A DNA stretch of 41,535 bases from Pseudomonadota bacterium. Its GTDB lineage: Bacteria > Pseudomonadota > Alphaproteobacteria > CACIAM-22H2. Position numbers and translations under genes: made by a program. The stretch lies in contig JACQDQ010000167.1 in the NCBI GenBank assembly GCA_016201015.1, forward strand, positions 1-41,535, read 5' to 3'. The number at the start of each line of letters is the position of its first letter. The first letter of the stretch is position 1. Under the pieces are notes generated by a model. That model saw nothing but the letters and a program-made list of their open reading frames with translations, was not told the origin of the DNA and did no database searches. Shown piece by piece: positions 27,431 through 37,118 of the stretch.

Positions 27431-28720
27431 ATGTATAGCGTCGATACCGTCATCGGACATCCCGGCTCTTCGCCCAAGGAGCGCCAGGAGATTCAGCTTA
27501 AATGGCCGCAGGAAGGGCTGACCGCCGTTCCGGATTGGATTTATACAAATCCGGACATCTACAGCCGCGAAGTCGAGCGCATCTTCCACGGCCGTACCTG
27601 GAACTTCGTCGCCCTGGCGGCGGAGATTCGCAGCCCTGGGGATTTCAAACGGTCCTATGTCGGTCCGACGCCCATCGTCGTCGCGCGCAATACGGACGGA
27701 TCGATCCACGTCTTCGAGAATCGCTGCGCGCATCGTGGCGCCGAGTTCTGTCGCGACCTGCGCGGCAACGTGAAGGAATTCGTTTGTCCCTACCACCAAT
27801 GGTCCTACGACCTCTGCGGCAATCTGCGGGGCGTCCCGTTCAAGCGCGGCCTCAAGAAGGAAGGCGGGATGCCGAAGGACTTCCACAACGAGGATCACGG
27901 CCTGCGCCGGCTCAACGTCGCGATCCTGCATGGCGTGGTGTTCGCCTCGTTCGTCGCCGACATGGAGCCGATCGAAGACTATCTCGGAGCGGAAATCCTG
28001 CGCGACTTCGAGACCGTGTTCAAAGGCCGCGAACTCAAGATCTTCGGCTATTACCGCAACGAGTTGCCGGCCAACTGGAAGCTCTACCATGAAAATCTCA
28101 AGGACCCCTACCACGCGACGCTGCTGCATTCCTTCCTGGTGAATTTCGGCCTGCTCGTCGCCGGCAACAAATCGGCGATGATCGCCGACAAGTCGGGCCG
28201 CCACGGGACCATGGCGTCGGCAAAGGGCGACGATGTCGGCACCAATGTCGACGCATCGAGCCGCAAGGAAATGCGGGCGTTCCGGGACGACATGAAGCTC
28301 AACGATTCGCGGCTCCTCGACTACGTGCGCGAATTCGACTCGCCGTGGTCGGTTACCATGCAGACGATCTGGCCCAATCTGATCGTGCAGCGCGAGCTGA
28401 ACACGCTCGGCATCCGCCACATCGTGCCGAACGGGCCCAACAGCATGATCATGATCTGGACCATGTTCGGCTACGAGGGCGACAGCAACGAGATGACCCG
28501 CCACCGGCTGCGCCAGGGAAACCTCATGGGCCCATCCGGCTTTCTCGGTCTCGAGGACAACGAGGCGATGAAGTTCGTCCAAGAGGGCGTGCGGCGCTCG
28601 CCGACTGACAAGGGCGTGCTCAAACTCGGCGGCGATAGCGAGGGCACGTCCGCCTCGCTGATCTCAGAATCCGCCATCCGCGCGATGTACCGTCACTATC
28701 GCGAGGTCATGGGACTGTAG
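27431..28720 (+). CDS. Rieske aromatic ring-hydroxylating oxygenase alpha subunit (salicylate 5-hydroxylase / AndAc / PicB1-like group)
   Basis: Rieske motifs 'NRCAHRG' and 'CPYHQW'; mononuclear iron site 'ENLKDPYHATLLH' and 'EDNEA'; GGAGG RBS. Confidence 0.93.
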   Translation: MYSVDTVIGHPGSSPKERQEIQLKWPQEGLTAVPDWIYTNPDIYSREVERIFHGRTWNFVALAAEIRSPGDFKRSYVGPTPIVVARNTDGSIHVFENRCAHRGAEFCRDLRGNVKEFVCPYHQWSYDLCGNLRGVPFKRGLKKEGGMPKDFHNEDHGLRRLNVAILHGVVFASFVADMEPIEDYLGAEILRDFETVFKGRELKIFGYYRNELPANWKLYHENLKDPYHATLLHSFLVNFGLLVAGNKSAMIADKSGRHGTMASAKGDDVGTNVDASSRKEMRAFRDDMKLNDSRLLDYVREFDSPWSVTMQTIWPNLIVQRELNTLGIRHIVPNGPNSMIMIWTMFGYEGDSNEMTRHRLRQGNLMGPSGFLGLEDNEAMKFVQEGVRRSPTDKGVLKLGGDSEGTSASLISESAIRAMYRHYREVMGL

Positions 28721-28722
28721 GC

Positions 28723-29232
28723 ATGATCCCGGGCTACGACCTGACGCCGCCCGATCCAAAGGCCGTGCGCGAGCTGCGCCTCGAAATCGAGGAGTTCCAT
28801 GCCGCCTATTGCTGGACGCTCGATCGCGGCGCCATCGAAAAGTGGCCGGATTTCTTCACCGACGACGCGCTGTACCGCATCACCGGCCGCGAGAACGCCG
28901 AAGTCGCGCTGCCGGTGGGCCTGGTCTATGCCGAGGGCAAGGCGATGATCCGCGACCGCGCCTTCGCCATCGCCCGCACGCAGATGTTCGCGCCGCGCTA
29001 CATGCAGCATTTCGTCAGCAACGTGCGGGTCGTCGCGGCGCAAGAGAGTGCGATCAAGGCACAGTCCAACTATCTGCTGCTGCAGACGCTGATGGAGGGG
29101 CCGACGACGATTCATCAATCGGGCCGCTACTACGACAGCTTCGCGCGCCAGGGCGGCCGCCTGCTGCTCAGCGAACGGCAATGCGTCTACGACACGCTGA
29201 TCATCCCCAACGATCTGATCTATCCGGTCTAA
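28723..29232 (+). CDS. Aromatic ring-hydroxylating oxygenase beta subunit
   Basis: 'WPDFFTDDALYRI..REN', 'GRYYD', 'VYDTLIIPNDLIYPV'; directly follows the alpha subunit. Confidence 0.92.
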   Translation: MIPGYDLTPPDPKAVRELRLEIEEFHAAYCWTLDRGAIEKWPDFFTDDALYRITGRENAEVALPVGLVYAEGKAMIRDRAFAIARTQMFAPRYMQHFVSNVRVVAAQESAIKAQSNYLLLQTLMEGPTTIHQSGRYYDSFARQGGRLLLSERQCVYDTLIIPNDLIYPV

Positions 29233-29738
29233 CCCATGCGCAGCAGCGTCCGTCCATATGCGTTGTTCGCCTCGATGAGGCGCACCAGCGTCGCCATGAA
29301 GCGGGCGCGCTCCTTCTGCGGCAGCACCGCCAGCAGGCGATCCTGCGCGCGCTGCATATCCGGGAACATGTGTGTCATGATCTGGCGCCCCTTGCTGGTC
29401 ACGGAAGCGAGCTTCGCACGACGATCGGCCGGATCGGACTTGCGGCGCAACAAGCCGCGCGATTCCAGCCGGACCAGCACGTCGGCGACGTTGGTGCGGT
29501 CGATACCCAGCTCGGCTGCGAGCGAGCCCTGGTCGAGCGGCCCGCGCATCGCCAGTGCCGTGAGCAACCCGTACTGCACGGGCGTGATGTTGAAGGCGCG
29601 GCATTCCTCGAGGAATAGCGCGTAATGGATCTGATTCAGCCGTCGCAGCAGGAAGCCCGGCCGCGACCACAGCGGCAGCCGCAGCACCGCTACGGGATCG
29701 AGTCGCTGCTTCCGTCGACGGCTTGCGTTAGAGGACAT
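29229..29738 (-). CDS. MarR-family transcriptional regulator
   Basis: 'RPGFLLRRLNQ', 'ITPVQYGLL', 'LGIDRTNVADVL.RLE.RGL', 'DRRAK'; start approximate (29738 or 29759). Confidence 0.92.
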   Translation of the reverse strand: MSSNASRRRKQRLDPVAVLRLPLWSRPGFLLRRLNQIHYALFLEECRAFNITPVQYGLLTALAMRGPLDQGSLAAELGIDRTNVADVLVRLESRGLLRRKSDPADRRAKLASVTSKGRQIMTHMFPDMQRAQDRLLAVLPQKERARFMATLVRLIEANNAYGRTLLRMG

Positions 29739-29934
29739 GCGGCTGCGCCGTGATTGCACGTGGAGTATCTCTCGGTTGCGATCGGCTTGACTGCGACGGA
29801 ATCGGTGCGAGTGTAGCGGCTTCCCGGAACGAGGTCATCACAGCCGCGGGCCCGCGATATGATAGAGGCGGATAAGTCGGACGGTGACGAACGGCGATGG
29901 GTTTGCGGAAACACAGGTGTACAAGGCGGTGAGG

Positions 29935-32292
29935 ATGGCCGGTCAGGGCATAGGATCGCGCGTTCAACGCAAGGAAGACGTGCGATACCTTCACGGACGC
30001 GGCAGCTTCGTCTCCGACATGATGCTGCCCGGGCAAAGCGAGGTGGCCTTCCTGCGCAGCCCGATCGCGCATGGCCGAATCCGCCGGATCGTCAAGCCGG
30101 CGGGGTCGGAGGACGCGGTGTTCGTGCGGGCCGACCTGGCGTCGGTGAAGCCGATCGTGGCGCCGTCGACGCTGCCGACCTACAAGCTCTCGGGCCAGCA
30201 CCCGCTGGCCCACGGCAAAGTGCGGTTCGTGGGCGAGGCGGTCGCCATGTGCGTCGCCCGCACCCGCGCCGCGGCCGAGGACATCGCCGAGCGCGTCGAG
30301 ATCGATATCGAGGAGCTGCCGCCGCTGGTCGACGCGCATGCGGCCCGGGCGGATCGCTCGGTGCGCGTCCACGACGACTGGGACGACAATTTGTTTCTCA
30401 CGATCAACTATGAAAACGGCTTCGAGGCCAAGGCCAAGGAGGCGGCGGTCGTCGTCAGGCGCCAGATATCGCTGGCGCGCCAGGCGATGGTGCCGCTGGA
30501 AGGCAAGGCCGTGCTGGCGCATTGGGACGACCGCGCCGATCAGCTCATCGTCTATTCCTCGACGCAGACGCCGCACATCATCCGGGTCGGCATATCCCAG
30601 ATGCTCGGGCTCGACGAGGGGCAAGTCCGCGTCATCTCGCCCGATGTCGGCGGCGGCTTCGGCTATAAATGCGTGCTGCAGCCGGAAGAGCTGTGTATCG
30701 CCTGGCTCGCTCACAAATTCCGCCGCCCGTTTCGCTATGTCGAGGATCGGCGCGAGCATCTCGTCGCCGGCGCCAATTCGCGCCAGCACCACTACGCGTT
30801 GACCGCCTACGCGGACGAGAAAGGCCACCTATTGGCCCTTGACGCCGAGGTCACGGTCGACGGCGGTGCCTATTCGATGTGGCCGTTCACGATCGGGCTC
30901 GAACCCGGGCAGGCCACCGGCAATCTGCCGGGACCCTACGACTTTCGCGGCTATCGCTGCCGCACCTTCTGCGTCGCGACCAACAAGCCGGGCTTTCTGC
31001 CCTATCGCGGCGTCGCGCGTACCGGCGTCTGCTTCGCCATGGAACTCACCATGGACGCCATCGCCCGCGCCGTGGGCCGCGAGCCTTGGGAGGTGCGGCA
31101 CGACAACCTCGTGGCCGCCGAAGCGATGCCTTACAACAACGTCAGCCGCAAGCATTTCGACAGCGGCGACTACCGCAAGAGCCTGCTGCTCGCCAAGGAG
31201 AAGATCGGCTTCACGGCGTGGCGGGCACGACAGCGGGACGGCTTGCCGGACAGTCGCCGTATCGGCATCGGCTTCGCGACCTATTGCGAGCAATCGGCGC
31301 ACGGGACGAGCGTGTTCGCGGCCTGGGGCCTGCCGCTGGTGCCGGGCTACGATCAGGCGACCGTGCGTCTCACCGCGGACGGCGGTCTCGAGCTGCGCGC
31401 CGGCGTGCACTCGCACGGCCAGGGGATGGAAACGACGCTCGCCCAGATCGCTCACGAAGTGCTGGGTATCGATCTCGCCAAGATCCGCGTCATCCTCGGC
31501 GACACCGGCCAGACTCCATACTCGACCGGCACCTACGCCTCGCGCAGCATCGTCATGGCTGGTGGCGCCGTGGCCAACGCCTGCAAGACGCTGCTGCCGC
31601 GCTTCGTCGCCATCGGCGCCCATCTCATGCAATGCGCTGTCGCAAGCGCCCGCTTCGCCGATGGTCAGGTGGTCGGTCCGCAACGCGCCGTTTTGCTGCG
31701 CGACATCGCCGAGGCGTGGTACCTGCGCCCCGAGCGGCTGCCGCCCGACGTCGATATGGGCGGCCTCGAGGCAACGGTCGGCTTCCGCCCGAAAGTCGAT
31801 ACCGGCGTGTTTAGCTATGCGTCGCACGCGGCTATCGTCGCGGTCGATACGGAGGTCGGCCATATCGAGATTCTCGACTATGTGATCGTCGAGGATTGCG
31901 GCACGATGGTCAATCCGATGGTCGTCGACGGGCAAACCATGGGCGGCGCCGCGCAGGGGATCGGCACGGCGATCTACGAGGAAAGCCCGTACGACGCCAA
32001 CGGCCAGCCGCTCGCCTCCACCTTCGCCGACTATCTGTTGCCCGGCCCGACCGAAGTGCCGTCCTTCCGCATCTATCATCTGGAGACGCCGTCGCCCTAT
32101 ACGGAATTCGGCATCAAGGGCATGGGCGAAGGCGGCGCCATCGCGCCGCCGGCAACGATCTTCAACGCGGTCAACGATGCGCTGCGGCCGCTCGGCGTCG
32201 AGCTGGCGGAAACGCCGCTGACGCCGCGGCGGCTCCTCGAAGCGCTGTCCCGCGCCAAAGCGCCCACCGCGATCGGAGGCAAGGCGGCATGA
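29935..32292 (+). CDS. Xanthine dehydrogenase/CoxL-family molybdopterin-binding large subunit (Mo hydroxylase)
   Basis: 'RKEDVRYL.GRG', 'DVGGGFGYK', active-site loop 'PYRGVAR', 'HGQGMET', 'GTYASRS', 'KGMGEGG'; ATG at 29935. Confidence 0.94.
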   Translation: MAGQGIGSRVQRKEDVRYLHGRGSFVSDMMLPGQSEVAFLRSPIAHGRIRRIVKPAGSEDAVFVRADLASVKPIVAPSTLPTYKLSGQHPLAHGKVRFVGEAVAMCVARTRAAAEDIAERVEIDIEELPPLVDAHAARADRSVRVHDDWDDNLFLTINYENGFEAKAKEAAVVVRRQISLARQAMVPLEGKAVLAHWDDRADQLIVYSSTQTPHIIRVGISQMLGLDEGQVRVISPDVGGGFGYKCVLQPEELCIAWLAHKFRRPFRYVEDRREHLVAGANSRQHHYALTAYADEKGHLLALDAEVTVDGGAYSMWPFTIGLEPGQATGNLPGPYDFRGYRCRTFCVATNKPGFLPYRGVARTGVCFAMELTMDAIARAVGREPWEVRHDNLVAAEAMPYNNVSRKHFDSGDYRKSLLLAKEKIGFTAWRARQRDGLPDSRRIGIGFATYCEQSAHGTSVFAAWGLPLVPGYDQATVRLTADGGLELRAGVHSHGQGMETTLAQIAHEVLGIDLAKIRVILGDTGQTPYSTGTYASRSIVMAGGAVANACKTLLPRFVAIGAHLMQCAVASARFADGQVVGPQRAVLLRDIAEAWYLRPERLPPDVDMGGLEATVGFRPKVDTGVFSYASHAAIVAVDTEVGHIEILDYVIVEDCGTMVNPMVVDGQTMGGAAQGIGTAIYEESPYDANGQPLASTFADYLLPGPTEVPSFRIYHLETPSPYTEFGIKGMGEGGAIAPPATIFNAVNDALRPLGVELAETPLTPRRLLEALSRAKAPTAIGGKAA

Positions 32293-33119
32293 AGGCGGCG
32301 ATCTTCGACTACGTCCGACCGCGGGACCTCGCCGAGGCTGCACGCCTGCTTGCCGACGCGAAAGGGGGCGCGAAGCTGCTCGCCGGCGGTCAGTCGCTCG
32401 GGCCGATGCTCAATCTGCGGCTGGCGCGCCCGCGTCTTCTCGTCGACGTCGCCCGGCTCGGCGAGCTGCGCGGAATCGAGGCGCGCGACAGCGCCTGGCG
32501 GATCGGCGGCGGTGTCACCCACGCCCAGATCGAGGACGCCGCCGGCCGCCTGCCCGGTGCGGAGGTGCTGTGCGCCGTCGCCGCCGGCATCGCCTACCGC
32601 GCCGTGCGCAATCGCGGAACGATCGGCGGCTCTCTCGCCCATGCCGACCCCGCGGCCGATTGGCCGCTGGCGCTCGCGGCGCTTGGCGCCGACATCGAGA
32701 TCTGCGGCATCAGCGGTGCGCGAACTGTTGCCGCCGACCGCTTCATGAAGGGGGCGTTCACCGTGGACCTTGCCGAAGACGAGGTGGTCGCCGCCGTGTC
32801 GGTGCCCAAGCTGTCCGGCGGCGCGCGCTGGGGCTACTACAAATTCTGCCGCAAGACCGGAGAATTTCCCGAAGCCAGTGCCGCCGCGTTGTTCGATGCC
32901 GAGCGGCGCAGCGCACGGGTCTTCATCGGCGCCCTGTCCGGCGCGCCACAGCGGATTCCGGCCTTGGCGGCGGCAATCGCCGAGCGCGGCGCCGCCGCGT
33001 GCACGCGCGAGGCGACAGAGGCGGCGGTGACGGCGGCCGCGCCCGACCTCGACGTCATCGACCGGCGCATGCACGCGGCGGTGCTGTTGCGTGCCTTGCA
33101 ACAGGTGGTCCGCGCATGA
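32289..33119 (+). CDS. Mo hydroxylase FAD-binding medium subunit (CoxM-like)
   Basis: ATGA overlap at 32289; 'FDYVRP', 'LAGGQSL', 'RNRGTIGGSLAHADPAAD'. Confidence 0.93.
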   Translation: MKAAIFDYVRPRDLAEAARLLADAKGGAKLLAGGQSLGPMLNLRLARPRLLVDVARLGELRGIEARDSAWRIGGGVTHAQIEDAAGRLPGAEVLCAVAAGIAYRAVRNRGTIGGSLAHADPAADWPLALAALGADIEICGISGARTVAADRFMKGAFTVDLAEDEVVAAVSVPKLSGGARWGYYKFCRKTGEFPEASAAALFDAERRSARVFIGALSGAPQRIPALAAAIAERGAAACTREATEAAVTAAAPDLDVIDRRMHAAVLLRALQQVVRA

Positions 33120-34273
33120 CGCCGATCGCCATGAACGTCAACGGCCAGCGCGTCGAAGCGCTGGTCGAGCCGCGCACCCATCTGGCCGACTTTCTCCGCG
33201 AGCACTGCCGCCTGACCGGCACGCATCTCGGCTGCGAGCACGGTGTATGCGGTGCCTGCACGGTCCTGATCGACGGCGCGCCGGCGCGCTCGTGCATCGC
33301 CTTCGCCGTCGCCTGCGACGGCTTCGACATCCGCACAATCGAGGGCTTCGACGACGATGCGATCATGCAGCAGATGCGCGAGGCGTTCTCGCGCGAGCAC
33401 GGCCTGCAATGCGGCTTCTGCACGCCGGGCATGCTGATCGCCGCGCGCGACCTCGTCCTGCGCCTCCCGGCGGCCGATGAGCGGCGCATCCGGGTCGAGA
33501 TGTCGGGCAATCTGTGCCGCTGCACCGGCTATGTCGGGATCGTCAACGCGATCCGCAGCGTCGTCGAGGCGCGTCGCGCGCCGGGCGAAACGGGCGCGCC
33601 GGAGCCGCCGCCGGCCACCACGCCCGCTGCCGCATCCTTCGCGACTTTCGCGCCGACGCCGAGCGCGGCGTCAGCCGCGGCGGCGACCGCGGCCCCTGCC
33701 GCGACGCTGGCGAAGCAGGGCTGGACCCGTTTCGAGGAGAGCTTCGTCGTCAAGCGGCCGCCTGCGGAAGTCTGGCGCATATTCGCCGACCTGCCCGCCG
33801 TCGCCGCCTGCCTGCCGGGAACGCAGCTCGGCGAACATGATGAGTGCACGGTCAGGGGCAAGATGACGGTGAAGCTTGGCCCCATCGTCGCCGGCTTCGC
33901 CGGCTCGGCGACCATCGAGCGGGACGAGGCGACGATGACCGGGGTCATCCGCGGCGCGGGCGCCGACAGCGGTACAGGAACGCGCACCAAGGGCGAGGTG
34001 ACCTATCGGCTATCGCCCGGGGATGGCGGTGCGGCAACGCGCGTGACGGTGGTGGCGGAGTACAGCCTGCAAGGCACGCTCGCCCAGTTCTCGCGCTCGA
34101 GCATCGCCCAGGACTTGGGCAAACGGCTGGTCGGCGAGTTCGCGGCGAATCTGAATGCACGGCTCGGTGCCGTCGGCGCAGCGCCGCCGCCAGCCGCGCC
34201 GGCCTCGCTCGACGCCGGACGGCTGCTATGGGCCTGGCTCAAGGATCGATTGCGCCGCTTGGTCGGCCGCTGA
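33116..34273 (+). CDS. Mo hydroxylase 2x[2Fe-2S] small subunit (CoxS-like) fused to a CoxG/SRPBCC domain
   Basis: ATGA overlap at 33116; 'GCEHGVCGACT', 'QCGFCTPG', 'NLCRCTGY'; Ala/Pro linker; CoxG-like 'VW..FADLPAVAACLPG...VKLGPI...GTLAQFSR'. Confidence 0.92.
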   Translation: MTPIAMNVNGQRVEALVEPRTHLADFLREHCRLTGTHLGCEHGVCGACTVLIDGAPARSCIAFAVACDGFDIRTIEGFDDDAIMQQMREAFSREHGLQCGFCTPGMLIAARDLVLRLPAADERRIRVEMSGNLCRCTGYVGIVNAIRSVVEARRAPGETGAPEPPPATTPAAASFATFAPTPSAASAAAATAAPAATLAKQGWTRFEESFVVKRPPAEVWRIFADLPAVAACLPGTQLGEHDECTVRGKMTVKLGPIVAGFAGSATIERDEATMTGVIRGAGADSGTGTRTKGEVTYRLSPGDGGAATRVTVVAEYSLQGTLAQFSRSSIAQDLGKRLVGEFAANLNARLGAVGAAPPPAAPASLDAGRLLWAWLKDRLRRLVGR

Positions 34274-34316
34274 TTGGCGCGGTGTTGGCGCTCCGGCGAA
34301 TTCATGGAGGAAGCAG

Positions 34317-34685
34317 ATGGCGCTCATTCCGCTGGCGACCCAAGGGAACTACCTGCATATCTACGACTTCAAGGTAGACCGCGAGAAGATCGACGAGTTC
34401 GTCAAGCTGTTCAATGAATTCGACTACTCGCCGGGGAACCCGATGCACAAATCGGCGGCGCAGGTGAAAGACGGCGTCCTGTGCCAGGACGTGACCGACC
34501 CGACGCATTTCTGGCTGATCGCCGAATGGTCGGACATCGAGGAGCATGCACGTATCCGCAAGATCCTGGCCGAGGACCTGCGGCCCGCCTTCATCAAGCA
34601 CATCGTCGGCGGCAAATTCGTGCCGGCCTACGCCGCGATCGTCTCCAGCACGCCGCAGCACCTCCTCGACGACGCGAAGGGTTGA
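34317..34685 (+). CDS. Small hypothetical protein (122 aa), probable ABM/dimeric alpha-beta barrel
   Basis: GGAGG RBS at 34306-34310, ATG at 34317, typical high-GC3 codon usage; 'FKVDREKIDEF...DPTHFWLIAEWSD.EEH' resembles ABM-type folds. Confidence 0.75.
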   Translation: MALIPLATQGNYLHIYDFKVDREKIDEFVKLFNEFDYSPGNPMHKSAAQVKDGVLCQDVTDPTHFWLIAEWSDIEEHARIRKILAEDLRPAFIKHIVGGKFVPAYAAIVSSTPQHLLDDAKG

Positions 34686-34758
34686 GCGACGGCCCGCGCC
34701 GTGACGCGGTGCGGGGCCGGTGATAGACTCGGGCCTGCGCTGGATCGGGGAGCGACGC

Positions 34759-35631
34759 ATGGCGGCACACGGCATGGTTTCCGAACGGACGCTCGACATC
34801 GTCCCGCTCTCGGCCGTGATGGGCGCCGAAATTCGTGGCATCGACCTCTCGCGGCCGATCGACGACGCCATCTTCACCAGGATTCTCGACGCGTTCCATC
34901 GCCATCTGCTGCTGTGCTTTCCCGGCCAGCATCTGACCGAGGTGCAGCACGTGGCGTTCAGCCGTCGCTTCGGCGATCTGCAGATCCACGTACTCGAGCA
35001 ATACCGGCATCCGGTGCATCCCGAGATTTACGTACTGTCGAATGTCGATCCGAAGACCGGCAAGACCACAGGCCGCCACCCCGACAGAGGCACGCTCGTC
35101 TGGCACTCCGATCTGTCGTTCCAGCGCCGCCCGGCGCTCGCCACGCTCCTCTACGGCATCGACGTGCCACGAACCGGCGGCGACACGCTTTTCGCCAATA
35201 TGTACGCGGCCTACGAGGCGCTGCCGGAGGCGACCAAGCGCCGCATCGCCGGCCTGCGCGGCGCGCACGATCTCGACTACTCGCGCCAGCGCGCCGGCGC
35301 GCCGCCGATGACGGAACAACAGCGCCGCGAGACGCCGACGGTCGACCATCCGATCGTGCGCACGCATCCCGAGACCGGACGCAAGCTGCTCTATATCAGC
35401 CACCATATCTGCCGCATCGAGGGGCTGCCGATCGACGCAGGCGCGGCGCTGCTCGACGAATTGATGGCGCATGCGACCGACAAGCGCTTCGTCTACCACC
35501 ACCGCTGGCGGCGGGGCGACGTGGTGATCTGGGACAATCGCTGCACCATGCATTGCGCCACGCCCTATGACGCGACGGAGGAACGCCGCGTCATGCACCG
35601 CACGGTGGTCAAGGGCGACGTGCCGGTCTGA
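34759..35631 (+). CDS. TauD/TfdA-family Fe(II)/2-oxoglutarate dioxygenase
   Basis: 'GAEIRGIDL', 'WHSD', 'GGDTLFAN', 'HPIVRTHPETGRK', 'WDNRCTMH', 'RVMHR'. Confidence 0.94.
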   Translation: MAAHGMVSERTLDIVPLSAVMGAEIRGIDLSRPIDDAIFTRILDAFHRHLLLCFPGQHLTEVQHVAFSRRFGDLQIHVLEQYRHPVHPEIYVLSNVDPKTGKTTGRHPDRGTLVWHSDLSFQRRPALATLLYGIDVPRTGGDTLFANMYAAYEALPEATKRRIAGLRGAHDLDYSRQRAGAPPMTEQQRRETPTVDHPIVRTHPETGRKLLYISHHICRIEGLPIDAGAALLDELMAHATDKRFVYHHRWRRGDVVIWDNRCTMHCATPYDATEERRVMHRTVVKGDVPV

Positions 35632-35657
35632 GCCGGTCCGCAGCCGCGTTGCGGCAA

Positions 35658-35686
35658 TGGTCATACAATTGTAAAATCACGGTAAC
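35658..35686 (+). promoter_or_regulatory. Pho-box-like triple 11-bp repeat upstream of the phosphoesterase
   Basis: TGGTCAT-ACAA-TTGTAAA-ATCA-CGGTAAC, compared with PhoB consensus CTGTCAT-N4-CTGT(C/A)A(C/T). Confidence 0.5.
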
Positions 35687-35742
35687 GTAACCGGCCGCAT
35701 GTTGTTCGGCCGGCCAATGACATCGCGATGGGGAGGACGACC

Positions 35743-37110
35743 ATGAAACTGCGTGTCGCATACCGGCGCTTCGCCGCTTGGTTCGGGCTGGCCCTCTTGG
35801 CCGCTGCCGCGCCCGCCGCGGCGCAGACTGGCGTCAACAAGCTGCAGCACATCGTCGTCATCTATATGGAGAATCGGTCCTTCGACAATCTGTACGGTTT
35901 GTTCCCCGGCGCCAACGGCATCACCAACGCGGGCGCGGCGGCGATTCAGGTCGACAAGGACGGTAAGCCGTTGGCCAAGCCGGTACCGGTCATCGACACG
36001 CGCCTCAAGCCGCCGGCTCCCGACCCGCGCTTCCCGGCCGACCTGCCCAATACCCCGTTCCGGCTGGAACCCTATGTGCCGCTGGCCGGCGGCTTGACCG
36101 GCGATCTTATCCACGCCTTCTACCACCAGCAGCAACAGATCAACGACGGCCAGATGAACAAATTCGCCGCCGTGTCCAACGCCGGCGGCTTGACAATGGG
36201 CTATTTCGACGGCTCGCCGATGAAGCTGTGGGACTACGCCAAGCGCTACACGTTGGCCGACAATTTCTTTCACGCCGCCTTCGGCGGCTCGTTCCTCAAC
36301 CATTTCTGGCTGATCTGCGCCTGCTCGCCGCGCCATCCCGACGCGCCCGACGCAATCCGCGCCAAGCTCGACGAAAGCGGCAAAATGACCAAGAACGGCA
36401 TGGTGACCCCCGACGGATATGCCGTCAACACCATGCAACCCGAGCACGGGCCGAAGAACCCGACTATCCATCACGAGGAGCTGCTGCCGCCGCAGGACAT
36501 GACGACGATCGGCGACCGCCTGTCCGAGAAGGGCATCGCCTGGGCCTACTACGCCGGCGGCTGGAACGAGGCCAATGCCGGCACGGTCGATCCCGTGCGC
36601 TTCAGCTACCACCACCAGCCCTTCGCCTTCCTCAAGAAATTCGGCCCGGGCACCGAGGGCCGAGCGCGGCACCTCAAGGATCTCGACGATTTCATCGCCG
36701 ACATCGACAAGGGCACGCTGCCGCCGGTCGCCTACTACAAGCCGCGGCGCGGCATCAACCAGCATCCGTGCTGCACCGATGTCGGCGACGGCGACGCGCA
36801 CGCCGCCGATCTGCTGCGGCGGATCGAGGCGAGCCCGTTATGGCCGTCGACCGCTGTCATCCTCACCTATGACGAGAACGGCGGCTGGTGGGACCACGTC
36901 GCACCGCCGAAGGTCGACCGCTGGGGCCCCGGCGCCCGTGTGCCCGCGATCATCATCTCGCCCTTCGCCCGCAAGGGCTTCATCGATCACACGCTCTACG
37001 ACACGACTTCGATCCTGAAGCTGATCGAGCTGCGGTTCGGCCTGGCGCCGCTCGGCGAGCGTGACGCCAAGGCCAACGACCTCACCGCCGCCTTCGATTT
37101 CGGCGGCTGA
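35743..37110 (+). CDS. Secreted acid phosphatase / phospholipase C-like phosphoesterase (AcpA-like)
   Basis: Signal peptide; '[14 protein letters not shown]' (catalytic Ser), 'GGSFLNH', 'YHHQPF', '[15 protein letters not shown]', '[11 protein letters not shown]'. Confidence 0.92.
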   Translation: MKLRVAYRRFAAWFGLALLAAAAPAAAQTGVNKLQHIVVIYMENRSFDNLYGLFPGANGITNAGAAAIQVDKDGKPLAKPVPVIDTRLKPPAPDPRFPADLPNTPFRLEPYVPLAGGLTGDLIHAFYHQQQQINDGQMNKFAAVSNAGGLTMGYFDGSPMKLWDYAKRYTLADNFFHAAFGGSFLNHFWLICACSPRHPDAPDAIRAKLDESGKMTKNGMVTPDGYAVNTMQPEHGPKNPTIHHEELLPPQDMTTIGDRLSEKGIAWAYYAGGWNEANAGTVDPVRFSYHHQPFAFLKKFGPGTEGRARHLKDLDDFIADIDKGTLPPVAYYKPRRGINQHPCCTDVGDGDAHAADLLRRIEASPLWPSTAVILTYDENGGWWDHVAPPKVDRWGPGARVPAIIISPFARKGFIDHTLYDTTSILKLIELRFGLAPLGERDAKANDLTAAFDFGG

Positions 37111-37118
37111 GCCGCGCG

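Noticed and set aside
29935-34273. Aerobic CO dehydrogenase (coxLMS)
   Set aside because: The active-site loop is PYRGVAR, not the form I AYxCSFR; gene order is L-M-S; no coxDEF nearby.
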